This document shows positions 1-12,000 of a stretch of DNA of 64,000 bases, in pieces (the first letter of the stretch is position 1; every line of letters begins with the position of its first letter). The stretch comes from Lytechinus pictus. Taxonomy: Eukaryota. The notes under the pieces were generated by a model. The model saw nothing but the letters and a program-made list of their open reading frames with translations. It did not search any database and was not told the origin of the DNA. The DNA is taken from assembly GCF_037042905.1 (NCBI RefSeq), contig NC_087245.1, forward strand, positions 42,658,001 through 42,722,000, in the 5' to 3' direction. Made by a program: the position numbers and the translations under genes.

Positions 1-241
1 AAAAAAAATTAATGTGTTCAAAATGTTTTACTCCTGGAAATATGGACAAAAAAGCCTCAAAGCTCTAACAGATTGACTTCCTACAAACATTCCTGCTGTA
101 GTAAAGGAAGTTTCCGACTTCCTGTTAAAGTTTAATTTTTTGCTGGTCTGGACTAATATATGTTGCTGTAAATATTAAGTATAAAACTGTCCAAGTGATT
201 ATTTTTTTTTCAAAATATATTATTTCATCAACCAAAATTAT

Positions 242-846
242 AGGTCAGGTCCACCCCAGAAAAATGTTGAATTGAATAAATAGAAAAAAATCAAACTAGC
301 ATAACGCTGAAAATTTCATCCAAATCGGATGTAAAATAAGAAAGTTATTACATTTTTAATTTTCTCCTATTTTTCACAAAACAGTGATATGCACAACTCA
401 GTGACATGCAAATGAGATGGTCGATGATGTCCCTCTCTCACTATTTCTTTTTTTTTTTCTATTGTTTGAATTATACAATATTTCATCTTTTACAGATTTG
501 ACAAGAAGGACCAACTTGACTGAAGCATGTAGTATAAACAATGCTACGTTAATTCCATTTGTTCACGGGGGAATTAATAATTGTTTCACTTGACAATGAG
601 GAGAAAATAAGAATATTTCATACTTCATATAAGAAAATACAAAAGAAATAGTGAGTGGATGATGTCATCAGTCTCTTCATTTGCATACCGACCAGGATGT
701 GCATCTTTGGTGAAATTAAGCGAAACTTTAATATGTCATTACTTATTTTACATGTACATCCTATTTTGATGAAATTTTCAGTGTTATGCTTGTTGGATTT
801 TTCTCTTTTTATTCAAATCAACTTTTTGTTGGGGTGGTCTTGTCCT
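242..846. mobile_element. MITE with long imperfect TIRs and TTAA-type end (Kolobok-like)
   Basis: aggtcaggtccacccc ... ggggtggtcttgtcct|ttaa; inverted gaaaatttcatc motifs. Confidence 0.65.
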
Positions 847-1215
847 TTAATTACACTGTATTGTTTTATTAGAAAATGCTTGACAAAATGAAAAGGGAGA
901 TATTTAAGTATATGTTTGTATTCCATTTTGAATCTACATGTCTACAAAATAACAAATTTTAAACAAGTGCCCTTATAACACATTAGAAATGTGAGCAGTT
1001 TTTATGAAATGTGCTTCAGCTGGTAATGAAAGCTATTGAAATTGGATTAAAAGTGTGTTTTGACGTGTTTTCTAGTGTTTCGATTCTATGTGCAAGCAAA
1101 TGAATCCCTTGTTTGTCTCATTGTTCATGTTTGTCTGCACTTGTGATCTCTTTGTTTTTCTACCAAACACCAATTTCATCTTCTTTCACCTCATCATCAT
1201 CAACACTATCATCAG

Positions 1216-1239
1216 GATGCTAATGATACCATTAGAGTG
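1216..1239 (+). CDS. Candidate 24-nt microexon (DANDTIRV)
   Basis: atcag acceptor, GTG|gtaagc donor, phase 0 like the next exon. Confidence 0.5.
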
Positions 1240-2476
1240 GTAAGCATTCTTTCAATCTATGATCACACACATTTTACTCTCTCCGGCCTTCTTGCCTCAT
1301 TTGTTTACTCTTCATGTACCTTTTATCAACATGTGAAGCATACCGTCCCTTGCATTCTTTCTCTATCTTTCTCTCCTCCTTGTCTTTCTCTGTATACATG
1401 TACATTGTATCTTACATGTTTGTCTCTCTGTATGTCCATGTCTCTCTTCATCAATCTCTGTTTGTTCATGCCTGTCTGTTTCTTTCTCTCTCTCTCTTTC
1501 CCACTGCATACTTTGTGTTCTTGTCTCTCCCTCTGTCCCTCTGTGTCTGTCATTCTCTCTGTTAATTTCTCTATCCCTTGTATGCATATACAAGTATTTT
1601 ATTTTATTTTATGCCATGTTTTCTTTTCATGTATATGCACTTATTGCCTTTCCCCATTAAAAAAAAATCTTACTATTTTGACACTTAAGTTGTCACCTTC
1701 ATTCTTTCCTTTTTCATCTTCCTTTTGGTATGTGTATACCTATTCTGTCAGTAATGTTTTGCAGGCTGGAACTATTTTATTCACTTATGCCCAATATGTT
1801 TATCATTTGGAGGTGTTTTAAATGGCAGAATGAATTGATTTTCTGTTCTGTGTCATGTGCAGATTTTCATCATACATGAGCTTCATATCCATAAAGTTAA
1901 CAGCTTTGTTAATACCCTGCAAGGCATTGGGGTTAGCTGCATCACTGAGATTAATGCAAAGCCACATGACAGCAGCAACACCTACAAGAAATGTACATTC
2001 CATTACATATTTGTCCATTTGTTTGTCAATATCCTTTATTGTTATCATCTGTTTATGTTTTTGTGCTGCTGGAGAGTGTTTCATGTTCAGCATCTAGTCG
2101 CTAATTTTCAGATATATTCGCTCTGGGCCTATCAGATGCAAGGATTTCAGTAGCTTATAAGAAGAGCCAGTGAATGAAAATCACTGACTATTTATTACAT
2201 GAAATGCTCCCCTGGTCTATTTCTGATGGCGATCTTTTGATGATGTGTGAGAACATGAATTATCTCATTCCCCCCTCTCTCTCTTTCATTATTACTGGAA
2301 GCAATCAAGAAATGGTTTATTGCACTGGGTTTTTTTTGCTTGTAAAAATGTTAACATTATTGTTTTAGTGAAAAGTACTGTGTATTTTGTTTTGTTTTCC
2401 TTTATACATATGGTTTTATCAGGTTTATTAGTTGGTGGTAGATTCATGATCTGGTTTTTGTATACCAATATTATAG

Positions 2477-2589
2477 GTATCTGGTGAAAAGGTGAGCAAA
2501 ATTAGCTTGGTTGACCTAGCAGGAAGTGAAAGGGTGCACAAGACAGGGTCATCGGGTGAAAGGTTACGAGAAGGCAGTAACATCAATAA
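2477..2589 (+). CDS. KIF13B: KIF13 exon, motor switch II ([38 protein letters not shown])
   Basis: ttatag acceptor, AA|gtaagt donor, kinesin DLAGSE motif. Confidence 0.95.
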
Positions 2590-2996
2590 GTAAGTTAATC
2601 ATCATTTTATCATCATCATTATCATCATCATCATCGTCATCATCATCATCATCATTATTATTACTGATGATGATGATCATCATCATCTTCATCATCATCA
2701 TCATCATCATCGTCATCATCACCACCACCACCACTACCATCATCATCATCATCATCATCATTGTCATCAATCATCATCATCATCGTTGTCACCATTGCCA
2801 TCACCAACACTACCATCATCATCATTATCACCATCATCATCATCATCATCATTATTATTACTGATGATGATGATCATCATCTTCATCATCATCATCGTCA
2901 TCATCACCACCACCACCACTACCATCATCATCATCATCGTTATCAATCATCATCATCATTGTTGTCATCATCACCACCACCACTACTACCATCATT

Positions 2997-3046
<50 letters not shown>

Positions 3047-6000
3047 GACCATGACCATCATTATCATTGATGACTCTTGACAAGTGAATACATTTCACAA
3101 TTGAAGTTACAAATGATATTCACGCTATATATCCAAGTATAAGACAATTTCTTAATTAATGCTTTGCTCTAATGAAGACACATTTTGTATATTTTTATTG
3201 GTGTTCTTTTTATGTTTAAAAAATATCATGTAACAATTGTCATGTAAATATTTTTGCTTTGCAGATCCCTAACAACGCTAGGTCTAGTCATCTCTCATCT
3301 CGCCGATCAATCGTCGGGGAAGAAGAAGAACAGTTTTGTGCCTTACAGAGACTCAGTACTAACATGGCTCCTGAAGGTAAAAATTATAGAATTATGGAAT
3401 TGCAAGAATTATTGGAATCCTTTCTATAAAAACAAATTGGTGCAGTGCTGATGAAGCTCTGTATACTTGATAATGTACTGAATAGTTATGCTGTACCATG
3501 ATTTGTTTTTACGCCATTGTTAAGCTGTTGAAAATGCACAAAAAAATCCATATTGTGAGATATTCCATATTTGAAACACTTTGGTATAAATCTACATCAT
3601 ATTTCACTTTTTTAAGCAATGAAGAGTGAACTCTAAATGTTTCCTCAATATCTTAGACATGTATTAAAAATGAATGAATTTTTTCTTGTGATTTTATTAT
3701 TTACACCATTGTCAAAAGCTGCTCAAAATACACAAAATGTCCATACTTTGAAATACATGTATCCCTTATTGAAAGTACTACTGTATTTTAGTAGCAAAGA
3801 TTTAACAATATATTTACTTTCTTTAAGCAACAAAGATTTAACTCTTTTCAAATAATATAAATCTAATGTATTTTGAATGTACATGTAGGAATGCCTTGGA
3901 GGAAACAGTAAAACTGTCATGGTTGCCACGGTAAGCCCAGCAGCTGATAATTACGAAGAATCGTTATCAACATTACGGTACGCAGACAGGGCAAAGAGGA
4001 TCGTCAACAATGCCGTCATCAATGAAGATCCCAATGCAAAGGTAATTACAAATCATTTTCAAACACTTCAGTTAAATTCTGTACATGCTCCTATTTAGAA
4101 GTGATGGTTCCTATTACCCCCAAAGTTTCCAAAATCTTGGGAGAAAGATCACTGACCGCTGACCCTTTAAGTTAAGGAACAGTCACCCTTAAGACATTAA
4201 AAAATGTTTAGATCTGCAATTTCCTTCAAAATTTCTTGAAAAACGCCCTGAGCATAGGCGCAAATCCATTTTTTTTCTCTCTTTTTTTAATTGCTTGTCT
4301 AGTTTTTTCGGGTACGAAATATTCTTTATTTGTGGTTGAAGACCTTTTTTTTTGGGGGGGGGGGGGGGGGGGGGGGCTTGTCAAAATTTTCCTCTGAAAA
4401 ATTTGCCCCCCCCTTTGGAAAATCCTGGATCTGCCCCTGCCTGAGCACACTATAGATTAGCTATGGCACGATATACATGTAAGTCCAATGTATTCTTATC
4501 ACTGTTATTTCTATATAGATCATCAGAGAACTCAGGGAAGAGGTTGATATGTTGAAGAAGCAACTCAAAGAAGCAGAGGTAAGATGATTGGGGTTTTATT
4601 TTTCAGCTAATAAAAATTGCTGTATTTCTAGGCAAATCAGAGTATTTTATTCCAGTATCGTTTGATCCAGAATGTTAACAGTTGGGATTATATTGGGATA
4701 CATATTTTAATAAGAGCGCTTTGACCTAAAGATATTTACTATAATGCCTTAATTGGCAACACAATAGATCAATGTCATCTCTATTTGAGAATTGCCTTAT
4801 TTTTATTGTCTCGCCTGCATAGCAGAGTGAGACTATACATGTAGGTGCCGCTTTTCCGACGGCGGCGGCATCAACATAAAATCTTAACCGAAGTTAACAG
4901 TTGGGATTATATTGGGATACATATTTTAATAAGAGCGCTTTGACCTAAAGTTAATTACTGTAATGCCTTAATTGGCAACACAATAGATCAATGTCATCTC
5001 TATTTGAGAATGCTAAGTGACATTTTTGCCTTATTTTTATTGTCTCGCCTGCATAGCAGAGTGAGACTATACATGTAGGTGCCGCTTTTCCGACGGCGGC
5101 GGCATCAACATAAAATCTTAACCGAAGTTAACAATTGGGATTATATTGGGATACATATTTTAATAAGAGCACTTTGACCTAAAGTTAATCACTATAACGC
5201 CTTAATTGGCAACACAATAGATCAACGTCATCTCTATTTGAGAATGCTACGTGTAAGTGACATTTTTGCCTTATTTTTATTGTCTCACCTGCATAGCAGA
5301 GTGAGACTATAGGTGCCGCTTTTCCGACGGCGGCGGCATCAACATAAAATGTTAACCGAAGTTAAGTTTTTGAAATGACAGCATAACTTAGAGTATATGG
5401 ACCTAGTTAATGAAACTTCGACATAAGGTTAATCAAATATTACTGAACATCCTGCCTGAGTTTCAGGTCACATGACAAAGGTCATTTAGGGTCAATGAAC
5501 TTTGACCAATTTGGGTTTTTTTTTTTTATTACCATCATAACTGAAAGTTTGATTTGATTTTGATTCATATAACTTGGACTTAAGAGTAACAAGTATCACT
5601 GAACATCCTGTGTGAGTTTCAGGTCACATAACCGAGGTCAAAGGTCATTTAAGGCCAATGATTTTTTGCCAAGTTAGGGGTATTTGTTGAATCACCATCA
5701 TAACTTCGAAAGTTTATGGAGCGGATTCATAAAACTTAGACATAAGAGTAATCAAGTATCACTGAACATCCTGTGCGAGTTTCAGGTTACATGACCAAGG
5801 TCAAAGGTCATTTAAGGTCAATGAACTTTGGCTATAGATGTTGTGGGTTTTTGTTGAATTACCATCATAACTCTGTAAGTGTATTGGTCTACATGTAGTT
5901 AATAAACTTTGACATAAGAGTAATAAAGTATCACTGAACATCTCATGTGAGTTTCAAGTCACATGACCAAAGTCAAAGGTAATTTAAGGTGAATGAACTT

Positions 6001-9000
6001 TGGCCATTTTGGAGGTTATTATTAGATAGCTGTCATAACTTTCAAAGTTTATAGATATAGTTTATAAAATGTGGATATAGGGGTAATCAAGTATCACTGA
6101 CAAGTCTTAGTTCGCATGATCGAGGTCAAATGTCATTTATTGTCAATGAACATAGTATTTTATCATTATATGAATTGTGTTTTTTGTGAATAATTATGTT
6201 TTAGTAGTTTTCAAAGTCAGCACTGCTGCCATATTGAATCGCGTGATGCAGGTGAGACTGCCAGAGGCGCTCCACTTATGTATCTTTAATTGTGGTAAAT
6301 TTACATTTACTTCTGTTTTTTAATTGAAATTAAGAAATACGTATGTCAAATTAGGGAGTGAAAGGTCAGATTGGTACATCCAGTCATCCCGCCAATTTGA
6401 CTAAATGAAAGATAGATAATATGAAAATTAGATTTGCAGAGCTGCCAAAAAGTACTGGTTTTCAATAATTATTACTGAAAAATGAGAAAGAATACTGGTG
6501 GTTTCATGCAAATTTCCGATTTCTAAAGTTTCAGTTTATGTGTTGTCCTATGGTATTTCTGTGAAAATACTGATTTTTTAACCAAAATACTGATTTTCAG
6601 CCTTTAAAATACTGAAAAGCTTTTGATTAGGTTGGCATCTCTGGATACATGTATATGAAATCATGAAAACAATACAAATTGGAATTTGAATGGGCAAAAT
6701 GTTTTTTTAGTAATTTCGCTGTTCCGAACGTCTGTAACTTTCTATTTTCTTTTTAATATATATTGAAATTTCTCCAGCATTTTTTTTTTATTATTGGGGC
6801 TGTTACACAAATGAATTTTTAACAAGGTTGAATTGCTCTTTAATATATTTAAAGTAATCCAAACGGATATTTAATAACGTGATCCACATGTCTATAGACT
6901 GTTTTAATAACTTTACAATATCCAAAACTGTACCATGCAAAGAGCAGAAATGTTCTATGCCACATACTTAATGGACATACTTAATGGCTGATGTTAAAGA
7001 AAAATAAATCATTTATGAGTAAATAAGGAGTATGAATGATTATCATACTTTTCTGTGTTACTCTTCGCACCTGTTCAGTTCGGAAGAAATAGGTTAAATC
7101 TTAGATTGTCCCACTAGTAATTTGTTTGTTTTTTGTGATTTAATTCAGATTGCTTTATTGGAAAATTCAGGGTTAAATTTCACAGTGTACATGTTATGTA
7201 TTTTACAGGTTAATCTATTTCCTTCAAATATTTCATTATTAATGTATATAAAAGATGTTCTTTCTTCCATTTATTTGTTAAGAGTATGAAAGCAGACAGT
7301 CTGAAGGATAGACTAGAGGAATCAGAGAAGCTTATGAAAGAGATGTCACTGAGTTGGGAGGAAAAACTAGTCAACACAGAAAGAATACACAAAGTAAGAT
7401 CATTACTTTCGTCTGAAGGTTAAAAAAATGAACACTTTCTTTAAAGCCTCTGCCAGGGTATTAATGGTAGCTCCTTCAGTACTCTGATTTAATTCTATTA
7501 ACAATCCAATGGAAATGATTTTGGTTGCTTTTGATGATGATGTTTATAATGACGATGATGATGATGGTGATGGTGATTATGATGATGATGATGAAGATGA
7601 TGATGGTGATGGTGATGATGATGATGGTGATGGTGATGATGGTGATGATGATGATGGTGATGGTGATCATGATGATGATCATGATGATGGTGATGATGGT
7701 GGTGATGATTATTATGATGATGATGGTGATGATGATGATTATGATCATGATGATAAAGATGATGATGATGTTTATGACAACGATGATGATGATTATGATG
7801 ATGATAATGATGATGATAATGATGATGATGATGATGAAGATGGTGATGTTTATGATGATGATTGTGGTGATGATACAACGATTATGATGATTTTGATGAT
7901 GATGTTGTTGGTGATGATGACAATGATAATTATGTTGATGGTGATGATAATGACAATACTGAAGGTGATGATCTATTAATGTTGTAATGTTGTATTTCAT
8001 ACTTATGTACTTCTTTGATTTAAGGAGAGGCAAGCAGCATTGGAACAAATGGGCATCTCCGTGCAGACGTCTGGCATCAAAGTTGAAAGAAATAAATGTT
8101 TTCTGGTCAATCTCAATGCGGATCCTTCTCTCAATGAACTGCTTGTTTACTACCTCAAGGCAAGTCAGGACAAGGCCTAGTGATTGATCTTTGGGTTGAT
8201 TTCTATCATTGATTGCATTGATTATTATGTATGATCAACCGTAAAAGTCAGGATCACGGTCAATTACTATGCTTAATATAAAAGGGTCGATGACTATTCA
8301 TTTCTATCAATGATATAAATTGACATTCAGTATAAACTACAGGGGAATCCTTGAATTCAATTGGCCATTGTGATTATGGTTACTCATTGCACTGCTATTT
8401 CACACCAATGGCAAATATCAGGTGATTCTTGATCACACCGTCAAATGTGATAATGATGAAAAATATATACAGATAAAATGTGATAAAGTATCTATGATCA
8501 GAGACACAAGTGAAATTAAAATTTTGCTGAAAATTAAATGCTAAACCATGTCATACATGTAGATAGATAGATGAAATGGTTAATTAAAAGATCATTGCAG
8601 CCAATGTAGCCAAATTGGTTTTATACATATCCCTTAAATTGGCCCTGATTTATTACTTGATAGCTAAGAAAGCATGAATGCTTGTAAGCAAGCAGTCAAA
8701 GGACTGACGGCTTACGGTCCTCTCCGAGGGACCTGGCAATGAGGATAAATACCATCCCAAAGGGCACTAGCGCACCAAGTTGGAATTGAACCCGGGTCAC
8801 CGGAATCCGAAACCCCGCTCTACCAACTGAGCTATCCATTGATAATAATTCTATTTTCTCATCCCTTAAAGAAGAAAAGAAAACACACAATTTATTAAAC
8901 ATCCCCCCATTTGGGTGTCCTACAAGGCTGATGGAATTTACCTTGTTGATAGTATATGTCAGTTCAAGCTTCCTTCAATTGGAAATTGTTTCTAGGTATA

Positions 9001-12000
9001 GGAATTTCCAAACAATTTATAGATTGGTGGTTCACCTAGTCAAATGTTAAGTTGTAAATTTTTTTTTATTCCGTTGATTTTGTTTTCTCTTTCTCTTGCT
9101 CTTCCGATCTTTCTTTTGCTCTCTCGACAGAGGGGGGGGGGGGGGGGGTTAAAGATGAGTGAGTAGCAAGTGTAGACACTGCAAAGCAGTACAAATGAAG
9201 TTGTATCAAATTCATGCCATTCTTACTATCCCACAGCTGATCAATGATTTTGCTACATGTTTTGGTTTCTTTATAGGATCACAATGTAGCTGGTAGGCCT
9301 GATGAGGACACACAGACGGATATCCAGCTTAACGGACTCGGCATCATGCCAAGACACTGTACCATTGATGTAGAAAATGAGATCGATGTCTACATCACTC
9401 CTTGTGAACATGCAAAGTAAGTGTAATTCAATGCACATTTCTTACGTACAAAAATTTAAGGAGAATGAAAGCCTCGAAATGATTTGAATCTTATTAAAAA
9501 ACACAACAAAGAAGTAGTTAAATAAATAAGAAAATTATGAGCATACTGTAGGATTATTGCAAGATGCTACATGTATGCAGATCTTTCTTTGTGAAAATGC
9601 TAAGTTAAAAAAAAATCATTTCTACTTTCTTACAAACAATTCAGTGAATCATTATAACAACATTTTATGAGGAGAAATGCATGTGATTTGTTAATGAAAA
9701 ACACAAAAAAGGTTATTTGATTGCATTAATTTATTTGATCTTGATATGAGATACTGCTTTACTTTTTTCAATTGGTTTGATGGATGTTGAAATGTGATGA
9801 TGATTTGTACATTTGAAGTGCTGACGCGAGTAGCACTTGAGAAACGGATTATGAATTGATGAATGAATAAAAAAGATAGATAAATAAATATATAAATGAA
9901 TAAATGAACAGATTAATAAATGAATAAATGAATGAATTGGTAAATCAATGAATAAATACCCTGACTCTCTCCACATTTCTTATAACCTTCCCTTCAAACA
10001 AAATGACTTTGTAAAATAGGGAGGGTGCACTCCTGTGATTTGCTATGATTGGCAGATATCTACAAGCAATAAATTACACTGGTATTTTAATTACAAATTC
10101 TGAAGTGAAATCTACAATATGGTGGCAGGTGTAGAGATGTAATCTACAATCTTATTGATTTGGAATGTAGGTCAAGGAGGGGCATGATGTTCATTGCAGG
10201 TAGTGATGTTCATTACAGGAAGGGGGAGTTCATTACATTCTTCCTCAGTATTGAAGGGGGAGGGGGAATTTCTAAAAGTAGTTCATGTTTTAAAGTTCAG
10301 GGGGGAATAAGTTGTATTAAATCCATTATATGAATAGGTTCGTTTTATACTGTATAGCGGGGAGGGGGGGGGGGTGATATTAAGCAGGCATGTTTTGTAG
10401 CAGGAGGTACCTCTGATTGAATATAGAGAGTTTGAGAGATGGAATCTGTTTTTATCCATGCATTCATTTTTGTAGAATTCTTTTTATAGGGAAATCCCGA
10501 TGCTTTAATCATCTTCCAAATGTTCATTCTTCTGCTATTTTCTTTCCCCACCATCTTATATATAGCAAAGTATGTATAGTTTTTGTCTCACCTGCATAGT
10601 AGAGTGAGACTATAGGCGCCGCTTTTCCGACGGCGACGGCGGCGGCGACGACGACGGCGGTGGCGGCGTCAACACCAAATCTTAACCTGAGGTTAAGTTT
10701 TTGAAATGACAGCATAACTTAGAAAGTATATGGACCTAGTTCATGAAACTTGGCCATAAGGTTAATCAAGTATTACTGAACATCCTGCCTGAGTTTCATG
10801 TCACATGACCAAGGTCAAAGGTCATTTAGGGTCAATGAACTTAGACCATGTTGGGGGAATCAACATCAAAATCTTAACCTAAGGTTAAGTTTTTGAAATG
10901 TCATCATAACTTAGAAAATATATGGACCTAGTTCATGAAACTTATACATAAGATTAATCAAATATCACTGAACATCCTGCATGAGTTTCACGTCACATGA
11001 CCAAGGTCAAAGGTCATTTAGGGTCAATGAACTTTGGCCGAATTGGGGGTATCTGTTGAATTACCATCATAACTTTGAAAGTTTATGGATCTGATTCATG
11101 AAACTTGGACATAATAGTAATCAAGTATTACTGAACATCCTGTGCAAGTTTCAGGTCACATGATCAAGGTCAAAGGTCATGTAAGGTCAAAGAACTTTGG
11201 CAACGTCGGGGGTATTTGTTGAATTGCCATCATATCTCTATAAGTGTATTGGTCTAGTTCATAAAACGTGGAAATACGAGTAACCAAGTATCACTGAACA
11301 TCTTGTGCGAGTTATAGTAGTTTTCAAAATCAGCACTGCTGCTATATTGAATCGCGTGATGCAGGTGAGACGGCCAGAGGCATTCCACTTGTTTGTATGT
11401 ATTTAACACTTTATTGTTCCGTTCTGTAGGGTAAAATTGTTGTTGCTGATGGTTTTTGTCTCACCTGCATAGCAGAGTGAGACTATAGGCGCCGCTTTTC
11501 CGACGGCGGCGGCGACGGCGGCGGCGGCGTCAACACCAAATCTTAACCTGAGGTTAAGTTTTTGAAATGACAGCATAACTTAGAAAGTGTATGGACCTAG
11601 TTCATGAAACTTGGCCATAAGGTTAGTCAAGTATTACTGAATATCCTGCCTGAGTTTCATGTCACATGACCAAGGTCAAAGGTCATTTAGGGTCAATGAA
11701 CTTAGACCATGTTGGGGGAATCAACATCAAAATCTTAACCTAAGGTTAAGTTTTTGAAATGTCATCATAACTTAGAAAATATATGGACCTAGTTCATGAA
11801 ACTTATACATAAGGTTAATCAAGTATCACTGAACATCCTGCATGAGTTTCACGTCACATGACCAAGGTCAAAGGTCATTTAGGGTCAATGAACTTTGGCC
11901 GAATTGGGGGTATCTGTTGAATTACCATCATAACTTTGAAAGTTTATGGATCTGATTCATGAAACTTGGACATAATAGTAATCAAGTATTACTGAACATC

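Noticed and set aside
1237..1821. 194-aa hydrophobic ORF
   Set aside because: CT-rich low-complexity intron sequence with no domain signal.
2526..3070. Poly-His/Ser/Ile/Met/Asp ORFs (also 7476-8048 and 29132-29384)
   Set aside because: Translation artefacts of intronic (CAT)n/(GAT)n microsatellites.
8760..8838. tRNA gene (also 39701 and 41838)
   Set aside because: A/B boxes are present but run into SINE bodies, with no complete cloverleaf.
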